Sequence record: NC_049817.1
DNA from: Escherichia phage tonnikala
Strand: one strand, 5' to 3'
DNA length: 51,277 bases
In this document: positions 1 to 8,624 of the stretch, piece after piece
Numbering within the stretch: position 1 is the first letter of the stretch
Layout: every line of letters starts with the position of its first letter
Notes under the pieces: generated by a model
Database searches by the model: none
Seen by the model: the letters and a program-made list of their open reading frames with translations, nothing else
Told to the model about the DNA's origin: nothing
Made by a program: the position numbers and the translations under genes

Positions 1-541
1 CATGCACCAGGTGACAAGGTAGCGCGTGAATGTATCGACCATCCTTGACGCCGCAATCATAATGACAATCTTCCGGCGGATATATCCCCTCATAAACGCT
101 TAAGGGTGTGCGATCGAATTTTAATGTTTTTGCCATCACTTTTTCGCAGCATTCATGACTTGCCTGTTTCCCGAACGAGTAGCCAGAAGAACGTGAAGCG
201 CGCTTGTTTGCTCTGATCCTGTAATCTTGTGGCACTTTGCCGAGGAAGCGGCCCAAAATGTTGATGGCCTCGCTGTAAGGTTCGCCAGTTAATTTCATTA
301 ACCAACCGATCCCTGTGTCGTTACCGCATACGTTGCAGATCGCGCCGCCGTCGCCCTCTTCATTTAGCTTATCAGTCCATCTAAAACGATCCTTACCGCC
401 GCAGTGTGGGCAAGGCTGATGCTTTTTGTTGAAAACATCGCTATGCAGTCCGCAAATGCTTTGTAGTGCTTCACGCCATAACCCCTTCATATATGGCAAA
501 ACATCTTCTTTCTGATAGGTCATAAAGTTTTCAGTATTCAT
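1..541 (-). CDS. DNA primase, N-terminal zinc-binding domain (partial; gene continues past window start)
   Basis: Open minus-strand frame from ATG at 539-541 to window edge, not in ORF track. Translation begins MNTENFMTYQ and has CPHCGG...CNVCG zinc-ribbon cysteines typical of primase-helicase zinc-binding domains. Confidence 0.6.
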   Translation of the reverse strand, partial: MNTENFMTYQKEDVLPYMKGLWREALQSICGLHSDVFNKKHQPCPHCGGKDRFRWTDKLNEEGDGGAICNVCGNDTGIGWLMKLTGEPYSEAINILGRFLGKVPQDYRIRANKRASRSSGYSFGKQASHECCEKVMAKTLKFDRTPLSVYEGIYPPEDCHYDCGVKDGRYIHALPCHLVH

Positions 542-550
542 AGCAACCTC

Positions 551-588
551 AATAAAAAAGCCCAGCAAATATTATCATTTCGCTGGGC
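551..588 (-). terminator. rho-independent terminator-like hairpin
   Basis: GCCCAGC...GCTGGGC stem followed on the minus strand by a T-run, just downstream of the 596..1072 gene. Confidence 0.4.
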
Positions 589-595
589 CTTATCA

Positions 596-1072
596 TTAGC
601 TATTCGTGCTGTTATCACCTTTGTAGAATCGTCCGCCTGGTTCGTAGTCTGAATTTTTGACTACGCGCAACATTTCGTATTTGTCGCAACGGGTAGTAAG
701 AGGCTTGCCGTTAGAATCAAACCGCAGATCTGGACGACAAAACGAGGCGCGGTATCCTTTGCATCCATTATATTTGTAGTCGTTATGCACCTTTTGTGCT
801 CCAGCGGCTGAAATCATACCACGCTTTCGCCATTGGTTAACAACTTGCTGAGATACGCGCAGACGTCGAGCCATAGCAGGAACGCCGCCGTAATACTCGA
901 TCAGAATGTCAAGGCGAGATTTCAGGCTTGCTTTTACCTCATCTCGCAGGATAAGAAATCCGGTTCGGTGTTTTCGTGGCTTTTTGTCTTTACCTCGTCG
1001 CGTTCCGTTGTTACCGTTAATAGTGCGCTTGTCGATCTCACCCGTAGATACTGCAATTCGTGCATCTTTCAT
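596..1072 (-). CDS. helix-turn-helix DNA-binding protein (Cro/YdaS-like)
   Basis: 158 aa ORF with HTH-like segment AMARRLRVSQQVVNQWRKRG and basic N-terminus; sits between primase and helicase. Confidence 0.5.
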   Translation of the reverse strand: MKDARIAVSTGEIDKRTINGNNGTRRGKDKKPRKHRTGFLILRDEVKASLKSRLDILIEYYGGVPAMARRLRVSQQVVNQWRKRGMISAAGAQKVHNDYKYNGCKGYRASFCRPDLRFDSNGKPLTTRCDKYEMLRVVKNSDYEPGGRFYKGDNSTNS

Positions 1073-1084
1073 CTAGTCACCTCA

Positions 1085-1103
1085 TAGCATTTTTTGTTAA
1101 AAC
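1085..1103 (+). promoter_or_regulatory. conserved intergenic motif copy (variant TAGCATTTTTTGTTAAAAC), head of helicase operon
   Basis: Matches the repeated 19-bp motif; -10-like TATTAT about 18 nt downstream, then helicase start at 1160. Confidence 0.45.
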
Positions 1104-1159
1104 AGTTTATTGTAATGAGTCTATTATATGCTCCAAATGGCATTTTTTAAAGGTTTAAG

Positions 1160-3157
1160 ATGATTCCAAATATCGAAAAACAAATATCAGCGTTAGGCGA
1201 GGCAGTAATAAAAAGCATCCAAGAGCGATTCACGGTTGGCAATATAGTGCCTTATCCTTATCAGTGCGTTGCGTATGCCGAGATCGCAAAGCGCATGAAA
1301 AACTATGAGCATCCTTTCTTTGTTAAGGCTTCTGTGTCGGCTGGCAAAACATTGATGTTTGCGATGGTTGCTGCGCAATGCCGCAAAATGGGATTGAAAA
1401 TGATGGTCCTTGCTCGCCAGGCTGAAATTGTTGATCAGGATTCGGAAGAGATCAGCAATCTTGGCGTGCCAAACTCAATCTATTGCGCCGGACTGAAAAC
1501 AAAAAGCGCATACTTTCCGATCGTAGTCGGTTCTGAGGGCACTGTAGTAAACGGATTGTTTAAGTCGTTAGGTGATTATGTTCCGCACGTTATCGGTATT
1601 GATGAATGTCACCAGGTGGATTGGGAGGATCTCGCCGACGCGATAGAAAATAATGAATCTTACCAGCAGATGACCACTAAGAAGGATTTGCCTGTACTGA
1701 TTGGAGAAGAACAGCAATTTGATTCCAATGGCGATCCAATGTTCGGAACAGGGCGCACACAGTACACCGTAATAATCATGGAAATGATGCGCAGGTGTCG
1801 CGAGGCATACGGGCACGAATTGCGAATATTCGGTATGACTGGATCTGAGTTTCGCGGCGTGGTTCCAATACTGGTCGAAGATAAGAACAAAAAGGGATTC
1901 TGGCGTGAGCAGGTGACTAACATAGACACAAACTACTTAATCAAATTTGGTTCGGTAGTGCCAACAAATTTCGGCGACGTAGGCGACCTGGGGTATGACC
2001 TTTCAGAGTTCGAAGCCAGTAGCGAGGATGGCGTTTCAGACTTTGACGCTAAAACATTGCGCAAGATGGAAGAAAAAATCCATCAAGACGCAACAATGAC
2101 ACAGAAAATCATGGCTAAAGTCCATGAGATATGCAAAGACAGGAACGGAGTTTTAGTTACATGCGCAGGGGAAAGACATTGCAAGGAGGCCGCCGCCGCA
2201 CTGCCGCAAGGCGTTGAATACAGGATCATAACTGGCAAAACTGGAGATAATCAGCGTAAAGAGTGGCTGAGGGAGGCATACGAGGGGAAAGTAAAATACA
2301 TCTTCCAGGTACAGGCGCTTACCACTGGCGTTAACGTTCCGTTTTGGGATACTTCGGTAATACTGAGAAAGATAGGATCTCTAACATTGCTTATCCAGCT
2401 TTTGGGGCGCGGTATGCGACTGCTTAAGCAATGGCACATTGAGCAGGGATTCAAGAAAAAAGACCATCTTGTATTGGATTTTGCCGGTACTATGGATGAG
2501 TTAGGGGATTTGTATTTCGATCCAATCCTTGAGCAAGCGCAATTCCAAAAGAGATTTACAAACGGGAAAGAGCCTAAGACTTGTCCGATATGTGGAACGC
2601 TAAACAGCTTTTACGCTCGCCGATGTATGCACGTAGACGATAACGGGAAGAGATGCGAGCATTTTTGGACTTACAGAATTTGCGAGGACCAGGTAGATCC
2701 GAGAACGAAAAAGATAATCAAGCGCGGTTGCGGAACAAAAAACGACGTAGTGGCGAGAGTTTGCCGTTGTTGCGATATTTCTCTTGTCGATCCTAACGAG
2801 AAGTTAAGCGGTAAGCACTACACCAAAAACGATTGGTGCAACGTTAAATCTTTCCGCGTTGATATGACGAAAAACCAGAAAGGAATTGTTTTTTGCTATG
2901 AGCTTGAGGCCAACGGCGACACGTTCAAGGCATACGAAAGATTTTTCCCTGAGTCAGAAAGCAACATTTGCCGGACGATATGGAGAAAAATAGCATTGCA
3001 GCACATACCGGATCGCAAGATTGCTGGTATGGTGGCGAGCTATAGAAATGCGCGTAAAATAATGTCATACGCTCATCACATCATGCCTCCTGTACGCGTA
3101 ACGCATCGCAAAAACGGCAAAGGTGAGGATAACATTGCAAAACGGGAGTTTGTTTAA
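1160..3157 (+). CDS. SF2 DNA helicase with C-terminal zinc-finger region
   Basis: 665 aa; Walker A SAGKT, motif II GIDECHQ, C-terminal CPICG...C...C cysteine clusters. Confidence 0.8.
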   Translation: MIPNIEKQISALGEAVIKSIQERFTVGNIVPYPYQCVAYAEIAKRMKNYEHPFFVKASVSAGKTLMFAMVAAQCRKMGLKMMVLARQAEIVDQDSEEISNLGVPNSIYCAGLKTKSAYFPIVVGSEGTVVNGLFKSLGDYVPHVIGIDECHQVDWEDLADAIENNESYQQMTTKKDLPVLIGEEQQFDSNGDPMFGTGRTQYTVIIMEMMRRCREAYGHELRIFGMTGSEFRGVVPILVEDKNKKGFWREQVTNIDTNYLIKFGSVVPTNFGDVGDLGYDLSEFEASSEDGVSDFDAKTLRKMEEKIHQDATMTQKIMAKVHEICKDRNGVLVTCAGERHCKEAAAALPQGVEYRIITGKTGDNQRKEWLREAYEGKVKYIFQVQALTTGVNVPFWDTSVILRKIGSLTLLIQLLGRGMRLLKQWHIEQGFKKKDHLVLDFAGTMDELGDLYFDPILEQAQFQKRFTNGKEPKTCPICGTLNSFYARRCMHVDDNGKRCEHFWTYRICEDQVDPRTKKIIKRGCGTKNDVVARVCRCCDISLVDPNEKLSGKHYTKNDWCNVKSFRVDMTKNQKGIVFCYELEANGDTFKAYERFFPESESNICRTIWRKIALQHIPDRKIAGMVASYRNARKIMSYAHHIMPPVRVTHRKNGKGEDNIAKREFV

Positions 3158-3576
3158 TGGCTATAACTGATAAAGGCGATTATCTTGAGTTTTACGAAAG
3201 GGATCCAACCGACACGAGAAGGGAAGTTAATCACCAGATAGATAGTTTTCAGTGGTTGACTTATGCTCATCCTTATTTGCTGGCGTGGCATACGGTAAAC
3301 GAGAATGAGAAGTCTAAAGTAACGGCGATGATTGATCAGCAGTCCGGCTTGGTTAAGGGAGTAAGCGATTTCATCATCCTGATTGGTTTAAACGGAAAAT
3401 ACCCCTTTGCAGCGATTGAGATCAAACGAGTGAATAAATCAGGCAAGGGGAAAGCATCACCAGTCAGCGATGAACAAAAGGCTTTTTTGCGTCGCGTTCG
3501 CAGCTTAGGAGGATTCGCTGCGGTAGCCTACGGATTCAATCAGTTTAAGTTGGCTATTGAATACATGCTTAAATAG
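3157..3576 (+). CDS. VRR-NUC domain nuclease (PD-(D/E)XK fold)
   Basis: 139 aa; D...EIK core (DFIILIG...AAIEIKR); start overlaps helicase stop (TAATG). Confidence 0.6.
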   Translation: MAITDKGDYLEFYERDPTDTRREVNHQIDSFQWLTYAHPYLLAWHTVNENEKSKVTAMIDQQSGLVKGVSDFIILIGLNGKYPFAAIEIKRVNKSGKGKASPVSDEQKAFLRRVRSLGGFAAVAYGFNQFKLAIEYMLK

Positions 3577-3592
3577 CACTTTTTGTTAAAAC
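3574..3592 (+). promoter_or_regulatory. conserved intergenic motif copy TAGCACTTTTTGTTAAAAC
   Basis: TAG of motif is the stop codon of the VRR-NUC gene; GC hairpin and CATAAT follow 18 nt downstream. Confidence 0.45.
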
Positions 3593-3656
3593 TGGCGCGA
3601 TGGATTGCGCCATAATTCAATAACACGAGATGGCTTTTAATAGCGGAGAAATGAAA

Positions 3657-4382
3657 ATGGCTAAAGATATTTTAGATAAAGACACCCATGACGCATTCGT
3701 TAGCTTTGAGCAGTTGGAGAGAGAAACGTTTATAGGGAATGCCCTTGCAACTGGAGGCCATTACCAGGCAGTAAAGCCAAATCAATATTATAAGGTAAGC
3801 GGAAACCGATACGCTGGAAGCACTACGCCGGACGTTGTGCGCGATATGTGGAGTACGCCTCAAGAGATCGTGGAGTGGATGGAATCAGAATTTGGTGAAT
3901 ACGATCTCGACGCGGCAGCAAGCCAGGAAAACGCAGTTTGCGAGAAGTTCTATAGCAAGGAGACAAACTGCTTAAAGCGGTGGTGGGGTAGCAACAAGCA
4001 CGTATGGCTTAACCCGCCGTACAGCAACCCAACTCCATTTATCAAGAAAGCAATTGAGCAAATGGAGCACAACAACCAAATTGATGTTTTGTTGCCAGCA
4101 GACAACTCTACAGCATGGTTTTATGAGGCGCAAAAAAACGCGGCTGAAATCATCTGGATCACTGGCGAGGTTTACGAAGAGGGTGGAGTAGAATACTCCC
4201 GCACCGGAAGAATCGCCTTTGTGTCTGGATTGACTGGCGAGCCTGTGCAGGGCAACAATAAGGGAAGCGTGATTTTTGTCATGCGCAAACTTAAAGAAGG
4301 CGAGGAGCAGAAAACGCGATACGTTAAGATCAGCGATATTTGCCCTTCTGTAACCGAACGCCGCGCTCGCAAACGGAGCTAA
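3657..4382 (+). CDS. DNA N6-adenine methyltransferase (phage Dam family)
   Basis: Catalytic NPPY motif (HVWLNPPYSN); RBS GGAG 8 nt before ATG at 3657 (track ORF starts at 3630). Confidence 0.8.
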   Translation: MAKDILDKDTHDAFVSFEQLERETFIGNALATGGHYQAVKPNQYYKVSGNRYAGSTTPDVVRDMWSTPQEIVEWMESEFGEYDLDAAASQENAVCEKFYSKETNCLKRWWGSNKHVWLNPPYSNPTPFIKKAIEQMEHNNQIDVLLPADNSTAWFYEAQKNAAEIIWITGEVYEEGGVEYSRTGRIAFVSGLTGEPVQGNNKGSVIFVMRKLKEGEEQKTRYVKISDICPSVTERRARKRS

Positions 4383-4386
4383 CACG

Positions 4387-4644
4387 ATGAAAAAAGAGAG
4401 AAGCGTTTATTTAAATGAAACTGGCGAATGGTTGTTATTTCGCGCTATGGTGTGCGATGCACTTGATAAAAATCCTAACGTGAAAAAGATGATTGATTGC
4501 GATCCGTGGGAATTTTCAAGCGCATTAGATATGAGCTTTGAGGAGACAAGAAAACTCCCGCTTGAAAAATGGCACGAACAAATCAGAAATGACATGCAAG
4601 AGTTTGTCGATTCGTGGAATTTTCAGCACGGAATGATCCACTAA
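4387..4644 (+). CDS. hypothetical protein
   Basis: 85 aa ORF, tightly packed after the methyltransferase gene. Confidence 0.45.
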   Translation: MKKERSVYLNETGEWLLFRAMVCDALDKNPNVKKMIDCDPWEFSSALDMSFEETRKLPLEKWHEQIRNDMQEFVDSWNFQHGMIH

Positions 4645-4663
4645 TAGCACTTTTTGTTAAAAC
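4645..4663 (+). promoter_or_regulatory. conserved intergenic motif copy
   Basis: Immediately follows TAA stop; hairpin GCCCGGC...CGGGC and CATAAT downstream. Confidence 0.45.
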
Positions 4664-4719
4664 GCCCGGCCTAGTGTCGGGCATAATTATTTCAACGAAG
4701 CAAACATGAGGAAATAAAA

Positions 4720-4899
4720 ATGGTGGTATTCGATAAACGCGCTTTTAATCTTGCTCAAGAAGTAGCAAAAGGTTCAGTGGATGGCGGTTCAAAGGAAGGA
4801 TTCCAGTTTGATTGGGAGATCGCAATGTTTTTACTGAAAGTTGCATACGGTCACGCACCAATTGAACAAGCGGAGGCATATTATAAGCATGAAGGTTGA
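4720..4899 (+). CDS. hypothetical small protein (59 aa, below ORF-track cutoff)
   Basis: ATG at 4720 preceded by GAGGAAA; translation MVVFDKRAFNLAQEVAKG...; stop overlaps next start. Confidence 0.35.
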   Translation: MVVFDKRAFNLAQEVAKGSVDGGSKEGFQFDWEIAMFLLKVAYGHAPIEQAEAYYKHEG

Positions 4900-5131
4900 G
4901 CAAGGAAGAGATGCGGTATGGAATCACGCTAAAGAATGCGGTATTGCCGACGATATAAAGAAGATCGCGCAATACTTTGATATTGCAGATGTGAGCATAA
5001 TTAGCGGCGACAAGATGACTTTCCTCAAGGAAAGGCCGCGAAAAATGGTAAGAGTTCCAGCAGTTCCAACAAAAATTGATTTCAAAGAGGCAATGGCTAA
5101 AATCCGAGAGCCTCGCAAATATTATAAATGA
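4889..5131 (+). CDS. hypothetical protein
   Basis: In-frame ATG (MKVEQGRD) with GGAGG upstream; shorter than the track ORF starting at 4841. Confidence 0.4.
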   Translation: MKVEQGRDAVWNHAKECGIADDIKKIAQYFDIADVSIISGDKMTFLKERPRKMVRVPAVPTKIDFKEAMAKIREPRKYYK

Positions 5132-5225
5132 GGATAGTTATCATGTGGCGCTTGTTTGTTCTACCGTTACCCGTTATCATCGCTGTTACAGTTATGTACC
5201 ATATAGTGATGAGATAGGTAGCAGA

Positions 5226-6341
5226 ATGAAAAATGTAAAAATTACAGATGAGCAATTCAAGATCGAACGGGCGGCAGGTAAGACATATAAACAGATCGCT
5301 CAAGAGTACGGAATGAATGTTAGAAGCGTCGAGCGTCGCGCGGCGCGTCTTGCAAAGCAAGGACAGTTATCGACCATCGGAGCGCCTAGTTTTGGTGTTC
5401 ATGGTGAGTCAGTAATGACTGACAAAGAAGGAAATATAATCCTCAAGTGGACCAAAACCAGCAAGGATAAAGAGCAATTAGAGGCATTGATGCGCGCAGC
5501 TATGGAGGCGTTTAGCGAGGAAGTGCCGCGATTAGATCCAGTTCCATTGCAGGAGCGTAATTATAATGAAACGCTTTCATTGTATCCGATCTTTGACATG
5601 CACTTAGGCGCTATGGCCCATAAGCACGAATGCGGCGAAAATTGGGATACTGCGACGGCAGAGCGCGTTATGAATAACTTTATCGACTATGCTTTGATGT
5701 GCGCACCGGACAGCGAAAAGGCTGTTATCCTGATTGGTGGCGATATGCTGCATAGCGACGGCCTGGAGGCGGTGACACCTGCAAGCGGTCACGTACTTGA
5801 TCAAGATAGCCGATATGCAAAATTGGTTTACGTTGCAATCCGTGCAATGCGTCGCGCAATTAATAAAATGCTGTTAAAGCATAAACATGTTGAGGTCCAG
5901 ATCGTAGAGGGGAATCACGACCAATCAGGAATGATTTGGCTACGCGCAGCAATGGCGGCAGCATATGAGAACGAGCCGCGCGTTTACGTTGATGTTTCTC
6001 CTCGCGTTGTTCACCACACGCAATACGGAAAAACTTTCCTTGCGTACCATCACGGGCACACAGTGCGTAAACCGGAGACTTTGCTAATGATGTGCGCGTC
6101 AGATTGGCGGGAGGACTTCGGAAACTCAAAAACGATGTATGCGCACGTAGGGCACTGGCATCACCAGACCGTGACGGAAACGTCGCTTGGGATCGTGGAG
6201 GTACATAGCACCCTGGCAGCAAAAGACGCATACGCCGCGCGAGGTGGCTGGAGATCTCGACGCCGTGCGGCGGTTATCATTTACGACAAAGAGCATGGAG
6301 AAGTCGGGCGATTTGTTCACTATCCAGAAATGATGAGTTGA
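5226..6341 (+). CDS. calcineurin-like metallophosphoesterase with N-terminal sigma-70 region-4-like HTH
   Basis: Phosphoesterase motifs D-x-H (FDMHLG), GGD (IGGDMLHSD), GNHD (VEGNHDQ), HHGH, GHWHH; N-terminal TYKQIAQEYGMNVRSVERRAARL. Confidence 0.65.
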   Translation: MKNVKITDEQFKIERAAGKTYKQIAQEYGMNVRSVERRAARLAKQGQLSTIGAPSFGVHGESVMTDKEGNIILKWTKTSKDKEQLEALMRAAMEAFSEEVPRLDPVPLQERNYNETLSLYPIFDMHLGAMAHKHECGENWDTATAERVMNNFIDYALMCAPDSEKAVILIGGDMLHSDGLEAVTPASGHVLDQDSRYAKLVYVAIRAMRRAINKMLLKHKHVEVQIVEGNHDQSGMIWLRAAMAAAYENEPRVYVDVSPRVVHHTQYGKTFLAYHHGHTVRKPETLLMMCASDWREDFGNSKTMYAHVGHWHHQTVTETSLGIVEVHSTLAAKDAYAARGGWRSRRRAAVIIYDKEHGEVGRFVHYPEMMS

Positions 6342-6390
6342 TGAATTTTTATTTAAATCAATGACAAATTAAATCAAAAACTTGCAAAGG

Positions 6391-6417
6391 GGCGGCGTTT
6401 GTCGCCTCTTTTTTTTG
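6391..6417 (+). terminator. weak terminator-like hairpin with long T-run
   Basis: Short GGCG/CGCC stem followed by about 10 T residues after the phosphoesterase gene. Confidence 0.3.
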
Positions 6418-6486
6418 TTTAATTTTTTACCATGTGCGTTTATCATGCGGTCAATATATTGACTTTAATTAATATGGAGAATAAAA

Positions 6487-6702
6487 ATGAAAGATTTTAT
6501 TAACGCAGCTACCGCCGGATCTGGCGGTTCATCTATCGCAAGCGCCGCTACAGGGCAGTTAACCATTGCTATTGCCAGTTTTGTTTTAATGGCTGCATTC
6601 GGTGCGTGGGGCGCTTACCTTCGCTGGCGTGATAGTAAAAAATTCCACGAGGCGATCGAAAAAGGTGATATTCAAAAAGCTATTGAGATCAGGGGCAAGT
6701 AA
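6487..6702 (+). CDS. holin (small membrane protein)
   Basis: 71 aa with hydrophobic segment [21 protein letters not shown] and charged C-terminus; immediately upstream of lysozyme. Confidence 0.5.
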   Translation: MKDFINAATAGSGGSSIASAATGQLTIAIASFVLMAAFGAWGAYLRWRDSKKFHEAIEKGDIQKAIEIRGK

Positions 6703-7193
6703 TGAGCATAAAGAACAGGGTAGCGGCTGCGGCCTTTGGCGTTGCGGTTGCCTTGACTTCTCCACTTCTTGAAGAGATCGAAGGGGTAAGATACAAGCCA
6801 TACAAAGATATTGCGGGAATATGGACGGTTTGCGCAGGAATCACCGGACCAGATGTTATCCTGGGGAAAACGTACACTAAAAAAGAGTGTGATGCTTTGT
6901 TGGCTAAACATATCCAGGTTGCTAAAAAAGAAGTTGACAAGCAGGTTAAGGTTGACATTCCTGATAGTATGCGTGCAGCAATGTACTCATTCACTTATAA
7001 TGCAGGCGTGGGAGCTTTCAGAAATTCAACAATGCTGAAACTCATCAACCAGGGGAAATTAAACGAGGCTTGCGATCAGCTTTATCGTTGGACGTATTAC
7101 CATAACCCCAAAACAGGAAGGCGCGAGAAGTCTAAAGGCTTACTTAACAGGCGCAAGGTCGAATACAAATATTGCACAATGGATCTGAAATGA
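6702..7193 (+). CDS. endolysin, T4-lysozyme-like glycoside hydrolase with probable SAR N-terminus
   Basis: Catalytic E...D...T arrangement (EEIEG...[11 protein letters not shown]); Ala/Gly-rich weakly hydrophobic N-terminus; start overlaps holin stop. Confidence 0.75.
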   Translation: MSIKNRVAAAAFGVAVALTSPLLEEIEGVRYKPYKDIAGIWTVCAGITGPDVILGKTYTKKECDALLAKHIQVAKKEVDKQVKVDIPDSMRAAMYSFTYNAGVGAFRNSTMLKLINQGKLNEACDQLYRWTYYHNPKTGRREKSKGLLNRRKVEYKYCTMDLK

Positions 7194-7585
7194 TGAGGAA
7201 ATTTTTACTTACACCAATCGCAATGGCGGTGATCTTGTCTGGATGTTCAAGCGTTACGCCACTGACCGGATTAATCGGCAGTAAGCCGGAAATCACAGCA
7301 CAGGCTGGCGCGGAGAACGTGAAGCAGACAGTTGGCATTACAGCAAAGCAGGACGCCAGCACAAAACAGAAAACCACAATAAAGGAATCTGCGGTTGACA
7401 AGGTGGACACGTCCAGCAAGAAGGATTTCACAACATCAACCATTCAGGCCAATACCATCAAGGCAGACAAAATTCAGGTCGTGCAGGGTAATAACGGCAG
7501 ATGGTACGATCCAGTAATCATATGCGTGGTTGTGTTAATTGTGCTGATTTGTCTTTACTGGAGAGAAAAGAAAAAGGAGGCTTAA
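7190..7585 (+). CDS. unimolecular spanin (T1 gp11-like)
   Basis: Lipoprotein signal with lipobox LSGC at N-terminus plus C-terminal transmembrane segment ([16 protein letters not shown]); ATG overlaps lysozyme stop. Confidence 0.65.
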   Translation: MMRKFLLTPIAMAVILSGCSSVTPLTGLIGSKPEITAQAGAENVKQTVGITAKQDASTKQKTTIKESAVDKVDTSSKKDFTTSTIQANTIKADKIQVVQGNNGRWYDPVIICVVVLIVLICLYWREKKKEA

Positions 7586-7593
7586 TGCCTCCT
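7575..7593. terminator. bidirectional terminator hairpin
   Basis: AGGAGGC-TTAAT-GCCTCCT stem-loop between converging + and - genes, flanked by A-run and T-rich tail. Confidence 0.45.
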
Positions 7594-7596
7594 TTG

Positions 7597-7779
7597 TTAT
7601 TCGATACGCTTTACAGTAACCAACAAAACGCCGTCTTCATCACACAAATTATGCTCTGATATATCAAACGCTCGCATGTCAGAATGAATGAGCGTTAACA
7701 TTGCGTGCATGAAGTCGTCATGTGAGATTTGAGAAGTGGCGCAAAATTTAAGAATTTCATCTATCAGTTTACTTTCCAT
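7597..7779 (-). CDS. hypothetical small protein
   Basis: Minus ORF; start trimmed to internal ATG (MESKL...) to reduce overlap with HNH gene; no good RBS seen. Confidence 0.3.
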   Translation of the reverse strand: MESKLIDEILKFCATSQISHDDFMHAMLTLIHSDMRAFDISEHNLCDEDGVLLVTVKRIE

Positions 7780-8242
7780 GATTTTTGTGGTAGCCAAATT
7801 TAACCTCCGCCTGTTCCCTTGCCTTAATTGCATCATCAAGACTTAAAAAATATCCTAAATGCACGCTCTTACCGTTATCATATATAGTTGCGTGCCATCT
7901 TTTGTTTTTCTTATTCCAGCAAACACCAACTCGACCAGAGTTATTTCTTTTTAGTAGAGATACGTTTTTGCTGTTATCTAATCTTGATGCAAGCCTTAGA
8001 TTTTCAATTCTGTTATCGCTCCTATTGTGCCATATATGGTCTATTTCCATTCCTTCTGGTATTTTTCCATTGTGCATTTCCCATATTATCCTATGCGCCA
8101 AAAACAATACACCATTATACCTTATTCTCACATATCCATTTTCACATACACATCCCGCAACGCTTCCAGGCTTTGCTTTCCCTCTTCTGTTTCTCCATCT
8201 CAATATTCCATTGTCATATATAAATACTTCATTCCAATCCAT
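7769..8242 (-). CDS. HNH homing endonuclease with AP2-like DNA-binding domain
   Basis: 157 aa; HNH core EIDHIWHNRSDNRIENLR; C-terminal AP2-like segment; gene lies in a visibly AT-rich stretch. Confidence 0.75.
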   Translation of the reverse strand: MDWNEVFIYDNGILRWRNRRGKAKPGSVAGCVCENGYVRIRYNGVLFLAHRIIWEMHNGKIPEGMEIDHIWHNRSDNRIENLRLASRLDNSKNVSLLKRNNSGRVGVCWNKKNKRWHATIYDNGKSVHLGYFLSLDDAIKAREQAEVKFGYHKNHGK

Positions 8243-8624
8243 ATCTTTTCCTTAGAGCTTTTATTTGTTGTCTATTAGCTTTTGCCTGGAACAATTCATC
8301 ATCGCCCATCTCCCCTATTCTCGCCATATCCCTGATCCAGTCGTTGCGCATACCATCCAGGCTATACAATTCGAATCCGAAAGGCCGCTTTGACGATCCT
8401 TTGGACCAGTATTTTCCGCAGACCCCATCTATATAACCAGCCGTCATCATTCTTGCGCAAAATTCCTTAGATGCAAGGCTGGCGAACATTCGCGGCGTAA
8501 GTCCGGCGGCCCGCGCGAGCCGCTCGCATTCTCTATGCTGATAGATAAATTTGGCTATGTGCTGCCTGTTAAACCAGTCGTATGACTCACACCATTTATA
8601 CAGATCAAGCAAAAACATAATCAT
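8229..8624 (-). CDS. hypothetical protein
   Basis: 131 aa; start overlaps upstream gene stop (ATGA). Confidence 0.5.
   Translation of the reverse strand: MIMFLLDLYKWCESYDWFNRQHIAKFIYQHRECERLARAAGLTPRMFASLASKEFCARMMTAGYIDGVCGKYWSKGSSKRPFGFELYSLDGMRNDWIRDMARIGEMGDDELFQAKANRQQIKALRKRYGLE

Noticed and set aside
833-1087. Plus-strand 84-aa ORF overlapping the HTH gene
   Set aside because: Antisense to a better-supported minus-strand gene; low-complexity translation.
1193-2454. Minus-strand ORFs inside the helicase gene (1193..1378, 1568..1816, 1660..1929, 2251..2454)
   Set aside because: They lie antisense within a long, motif-supported helicase ORF and have no RBS; likely spurious.
5076-5225. 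Upstream extension of the phosphoesterase ORF
   Set aside because: The extension overlaps the preceding gene and lacks an RBS; the internal ATG at 5226 has a GAGATAGG RBS and begins the HTH domain.
7888-8278. Three plus-strand ORFs in the HNH region
   Set aside because: Low-complexity translations (Phe/Leu/Ser-rich) typical of AT-rich antisense frames; the HNH gene on the minus strand accounts for the region.
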